Part shown: in pieces, positions 58,411 to 64,000 of the stretch
Layout: each line of letters begins with the position of its first letter
How positions within the stretch are numbered: the first letter of the stretch is position 1
Source of the DNA: the human T2T-CHM13v2.0 reference genome, Homo sapiens
Direction: 5' to 3' (one strand)
Length of the DNA stretch: 64,000 bases
Assembly: GCF_009914755.1 (NCBI RefSeq)
Contig: NC_060925.1
The notes under the pieces: generated by a model
Told to the model about the DNA's origin: nothing
The model's input: only the letters and a program-made list of their open reading frames with translations
Database searches by the model: none
Position numbers and translations under genes: made by a program

Positions 58411-60651
58411 TACTAGGATGCCAGCCACCCCTCTGATACCTTCTGATGCCAGGGATTGCTTGAGACAGCACTGCTGCATCGTCCCTCCACTCCCAGTGGA
58501 TTTCCAGGGTTCCCTCAATGCAGGTTCATCTTTCCCCCAGACAGTCTTTTGGGATAGGTGGTCTGTTGCCAATTCCATGATGTGGCCTAGACACCTGTTA
58601 AGTCGATATTGTTCCTGCCTCGCTCCATGGAGATACAAGGGTACAGTGGGCAATGAAGAGGAACCATCCCCTCTCTGACACACCACATTGAACAACTCCA
58701 CAAGAAGGCTTTTCCTCAGAGATGCTCTTCTAATATGTTCCCTTGCTTCCATGACCCCTTCTTCCCCACTCTAGCCATTTTTATCAATATAGGAAAGGGA
58801 GGTTGCTAGAATATTTGATGGAATGTCCCTCTTTGTAAGACATAACAGGCAGCTTTTTCACATACAAGTTTAACTTAGAACATAACATCCACTTGTGTAT
58901 CCTTGGCTGTAAGCTGTCTCTGTAGTAATCCCTGCACCAGTCATCAAAGAGTAAGACATTGAAGAAGAAAAACGTGTGTAGACTTTTTTGACATACAAAT
59001 TTAAAATCATACTTTTCATATAGTTCCATAACCTACTTTTTACACAGTATGACATAACTGGCACTGTGTTTAAGTAATATATAAAATGATGTTTAATAGA
59101 TGCATGGTATCCACATTGAATGTATATAGTAATACATTGTTGTTGGAAAATTTTTCAAGAATGTTTTAATATTCAGGAAAATAAATAGTAATATATAATC
59201 AAGTGTTTTCACATGGACATGTCTTCCTCTCCTTTGGTGCCAAATGGGTAAAAAGAAGGCAATAGATCAGGTGGGCTTTAAACTCTGAAAACATTATTAG
59301 GGATTATAGCCTATCCTCAAGCTTATTTCCTGAGCTCAAAACTGGGCAAAACAGGAATTCAACTGTGAGATGAGAGTTTGGTTAGAATACATGTCTAAGC
59401 TCTAACTAGTGTTCCTTCTGAAACACCCTGAGTCTTTTCAGAGAGGAGATGGGACTGCCTGAAGGTGATTATCAGGAGGCCCAGTACTGTTTTGCTGCTG
59501 AAAAAGTCTGACGATTACAAGTTGCAGTTCTTCCACTTTGTATTTGAGAAGCATTCTCAGTATGTTTCTTTCTTGGTTTCTTACTTAAAGGAAGTTCTTA
59601 CCCCAAATTAGGTTAATAAGGATCTTGCCTTATGGCAAGAATCTGCTTTCTATTATGAAAGTGCCAATATCTGAGAGACAAACCATCCTTTAGACTTTCT
59701 CTTTCTTAATCTTGTGCTGGCCAGTTGTTGTCATACTCTAAACTTCATCCACATACTACCTCCTAGAGAAACCACCTCCTGGCCTTTTCATCTTAGTTAA
59801 ATGCCTCTTCCATGTGTTCCCAGATCCCACTGTATTTATCCGTATGACAGCACTGGTATTACCACAATATAATCATCTGCATACCATCTTCTCTATTTGG
59901 GTGTAGGCCTCTAAAGGCAAGGAGTTGTTAAAATCTCCTAACACCTGAAACCCACCTAAGGCCTGGATCATAGAGGAGGCACAATAAACATTGAATGAGT
60001 GGATGGATGGATGGATGGTTGGATGGTTTTACTAACATTATATCACCACGGAGCAGCGATCAGACTAGATTCAGCTTTCAAGACTTAAATTTATAAGTAC
60101 TATGTTTATACCACTCTACCTTGACTAATCATCTATAACCAGAGCCAAGTTTATGTTGAATGTTTTGTTTCACATTGAACTCCATGGTGGTTTTATTTAC
60201 TGAACATCACAACACTGATAACAACATTTTATATTGTATAGCTAAAGTCTGGTAGTCTCTTATGTTTGACTGTAATGGTCCACTCTTTCTCTCCTGTAAG
60301 ATTCTGACTCCTGAGAGCTATGAAATAACACCAAGGAAAGGAAGCAAAGCAATGTTTGTACTCATTGTATCACCTAAAGCTTGTCATACAAACAGCATGA
60401 CTCACACTGGTCTTGTCCATACTGAAGGCCCAGGAGCACCCTGTCTGTGGTTTTTAATTACCAGGACCTTACTATACACCCTGTAGGCACTGAGTGATTA
60501 CTCTGTATAACTGTTTCCTGATGTATATCAAACCACGCTGTAATGTAAAGCCTGCCACAAAACCACACTCATGTTAAAGAAGTAAATACAGCAAGTACAT
60601 TCTTATCAATAGGGATGACAGTAATAAGCCCATCTAAAATGAACTGAGCAG

Positions 60652-60759
60652 CTGACATACCTCCCAAACAACTCTTGAGTTTGTTGTCTGGCATACCTCC
60701 CAAACAACTCTTGAGTTTGTTGTCTGGCATACCTCCCAAACAACTCTTGAGTTTGTTGT
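60652..60759 (+). repeat. 36-bp minisatellite x3
   Basis: CTG(A/G)CATACCTCCCAAACAACTCTTGAGTTTGTTGT at 60652, 60688 and 60724. Confidence 0.97.
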
Positions 60760-61979
60760 CAGCTTATAATTGTGGTATTGGTTACTCCTTCTTTTCACCT
60801 ACCACAGTGCATTGTACTGTGGTACTCTTTAATAGTATCTATGACTGTGTAAGCCTCTGAGGGGATGGGACTATGTTTACCTCTGCACACACAGTGCCTG
60901 ACATAGTATGGTTGTCCAAGAAATATTTATGAGAAGAGTGAGTAAGTAAGTGAAATAATATATTGATCCTCTTTGAGTCAAATATTACATATAATTTTAA
61001 TTATTTTTCTGAGTAGAAATGAACTTTGCCCATCATCTTTCACACATTCTATCTTATATTCTTTTATGGTGAAAAGCATGCATTGATGGGGCTACAGGAT
61101 AGGATTGCGGGATAAGTGCAGTCTCTGGTTTTGGATTAGAACAAAATTAACTGGCTTACTGTCATCACACCCAGGATATTGGCCCCCTGAGGAGCATTTT
61201 TTCACTTGTTTCTTTTAATTCTGACTGATCAGTTATGTAAAGATATTTATCCATTTGGATTTAGATTTAAAATGTAGAAATATGATACTATCAAAGGAGA
61301 AATCTGTAATGCCCCTAGGATACACGATGGGATGCAAAGGGAAGTTTGGAAAATCAAAGTAGTTAAATAGAATTCATATTAAGAAGAGAAATCTGGCCTT
61401 TGATTTCTTAGCCACAAAAGCATCACTTGAAAGAGTAGAAATAAACAAGAGATGACACAGAATCAGAAGACACATATGTTGTAAATTGGGGAAAAGCAAA
61501 TCAGAAGCCAACATTTTTTTTTGCTGGAATTGATTTGAAAAACAGTTTTCTGTACAGCTCTACAAATACTATTTCATAAATCCTGAGTGCTTTATCCTTT
61601 TTCTAAACAGTCTTGTGTTTGACATCATGTTTCAGTTTTTTGAGACACTTAGTGGTTATGCAGCTTCACTATTCAGGTAGACTCTTCCCATAGCTACATA
61701 ACATGTTGCTTCCACCCTCAGCATTCTACAGTTCCAAATCCAGTTGGCTGATATAAGTCATCATCTTATTTGATATCTTTGTAGATTTTAACACTACTTA
61801 CCAAAAATTTCTTGAGACTGCTTCTTATCTTGGTTTCTAGGATATGATTCTCTTTTGGTTCTCTCCCTTCTTTTTGCCTTATCATTAGGCATCTTTATGG
61901 AGTCCTTTCCCATTTTCCTTTAATGGTAGAATTCACTGGTGTTCAATCTTAATTGTCTTTTCAGATTAAAAGCTATCTC

Positions 61980-63525
61980 TGGAGAAGATGATGTCAGCAA
62001 GATGGCAGAATAGAAAAATCCAGGTCCTGGTTCCACCACAGAAACATGAAGTAAACAACAAAGGAATGGCTTAATAGCCTTGTGAGAGCTCTAGAAACCA
62101 GTCAAGAGACTGCAGCAACCAAGAAAATGTCCAACCAAGCAAAAGCCACACTCAAAATGGTAGAAAATTTCATGGCATTTTTCTTAGCCTTTGCCCTAGT
62201 CTCTCTCTCATCATAGTGCAGTGGGGTTAAGAGGAAGCCACCCAATTCCTGCCTCTTCCCTTGAAACAGGATGAAAAAAAAAAAGCGGGACATGTTTACA
62301 GTGTCTGTCTGGAGGCTGCCGGCAGGACTGGTTTCTCTCTTTCCTGGCTTGGAACTCAGGCAAGAATGTAGTCATAGTTTGGATATTGAAAGCCACTGAA
62401 AGCGGTAGCAACAACCTCAGCCTGTGAGAGATGCAAGCAGATGAAAATGCACAGGTGACTGGGGACAAGAAATAATGAGCAGAGAAATACAGTAAAATAT
62501 CTAAGACTTTGAGAAGAAGGATGAGACTCTTAGAGAAATTAAGGCATGTTAAATAAAGCTCTGTATATAGGAGAATTGGAGGGAAAGCACGTGCACAAAT
62601 ACAGAGAACATGAATGCTCAGAAAAGGTCTGAGAAGACCTTCAGCCTTCATGCTAGGCTGATTGGTGAAGGTCTTTTTCTGCACAAAGCCAATCTGCAAA
62701 GACAGGAAGAGGTGACTATTTTTTCAAATGCCCAATTGAACAAAAGATCCAGACATACAAAGAAACAAGGAAACATGCTCAAAAGAACAAAACAAGCCTC
62801 TAGAAATGTACCCTAAAGAAACACAGACTTCAGAAAAATTAGACAAAGACTTTAAAACAATTGTCTTAAATATGCTCAAAGACCTAGAGAAAAGGACAGA
62901 GAACTAAAAGAAATCAGAACATATTGTAGGAACAAAATGAAAATATCAAAAAAGAGGAATTACCAAAAAAAAAAAAAAACCAAACAGATTTCTAGATCTA
63001 AGAAATAAATACAAGAACTGAATGTAAAAATTCACTAGAGGGAATCAACAGAGGAAGATAATTTATAAAGATGAAGACAGGTAATTTGAAATCATCAACT
63101 CTGAGTAACAAAAAGAAAAAAGAATAAAAGTTAAATGAGCCTAACGGACTTATGGGACACCATCAACTGCATGAATTATGGGAGTCCTAGAAAAAGAAAA
63201 AAAGAGAAAAGAAAGAGTGCTCATTTGAAGACATGATGGCTGAACACTTCCCAAATTTGAGAAAAGACATGGATGTACAAATTCAAGAAGCTCAGCAAAC
63301 ACCAAATAGGATTAAACTAAACACAACACAGCAAGACACACTGTATTCAAACTACTGAAAGTCAAAGACATAAAGAATTTTGAAAATCTCAAGAAAAATA
63401 ATTACTCTTTACAAATGAGAAATCTTCAATAAGATTGTCAGCAGGCTTCTCAATAGAAGACTTTCAGGCCAGAAGACAGTAGGTTATATTTAAAGTGTTG
63501 ACAGAAAAAAAAAAAACTGTAAAGA
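61980..63525 (+). mobile_element. Old LINE-1 (L1M-type) 5' UTR and ORF1 remnant
   Basis: Starts with gtcagcaagatggcagaatag (YY1-type L1 start). A-rich ORF1-like sequence includes gaacacttcccaaatttg and caaattcaagaagctcag. Confidence 0.8.
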
Positions 63526-64000
63526 AGATTCAGTGCTATTCCTATCAAGCTAACAATGACGTTTTTCACAAAACTAGAAAAAGACTATTTTAAAATTCAT
63601 AAGGCACCAACAAAGAGCCTGAATAGCCAACACAATGCTAAGCAAAAATAGCAGAGCCAAAAGTATCACATTACCTGACTTCAAACTATACTACAAGGCT
63701 ACAGTAACCAAAGTACCATGGTACTGGTACAAAAACAGAGCAGAAACATAGACCAATGGAACAGAATAGAGAGCCCAGAAATAAGGCCACATACCTACGA
63801 CCATCTGATCTTCAACAAAGCTAACAAAAACCAGCAATGGGGAAAGGACTTCCTATTCAATAAATGGTGCTGGAATAACTGGCTAGCCATATGCAGAAGA
63901 TTGAAACTGGACCTCTTCCTTACTCTACATACAAAAATCAACTCAAGATGGATTAAAGATTTAAATGGAAAACCCAAAACTATAAAAAGCAACCTAGGCA
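63526..64000 (+). mobile_element. LINE-1 ORF2 3' region; continues beyond the window end
   Basis: agattcagtgctattcctatcaag...tacaaggctacagtaacc...ggaataactggctagccatatgcagaaga. Confidence 0.9.

Noticed and set aside
58300-58752. 150-aa minus-strand ORF
   Set aside because: No recognisable homology and it runs into an MLT1 LTR; a locally higher GC content explains the open frame.
60652-60759. 36-bp palindromic repeats resembling CRISPR direct repeats
   Set aside because: The units are head-to-tail with no spacers, there are no cas genes, and the context is mammalian. It is a minisatellite.
62211-62699. 162-aa minus-strand ORF
   Set aside because: Antisense to an old L1 5' region, with no protein family features.

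Overview
Primate (apparently human) genomic DNA, AT-rich and dense in repeats. It contains one intact protein-coding gene, TNFSF18 (GITR ligand), on the minus strand. Its three coding exons are 48846-49001 (or 49067 from the upstream in-frame ATG), 42053-42083 and 39481-39827. They splice by GT-AG rules into a 177-aa (or 199-aa) type II membrane TNF-family ligand, with a probable ~2.2-kb 3' UTR ending near 37310. The rest is mainly LINE-1 (including a 5.6-kb L1PA with a 16-bp TSD), Alu, MaLR/ERVL LTR elements, L2, CR1, MIR, hAT MITEs and microsatellites. Nearly all other ORFs in the track are repeat-derived or chance. The most unusual unexplained structure is a ~165-bp, ~90%-identical inverted repeat (34855-35535) just downstream of the gene; an Alu has since split one arm. 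Other points of interest are clustered kB/ISRE/AP-1 motifs, an unusually CpG-preserved AluS upstream of the promoter, repair scars inside the L1 and a palindromic 36-bp triplication. I see no convincing new multi-gene system. Repeat subfamily calls are by eye from remembered consensus sequences and need RepeatMasker/Dfam confirmation.
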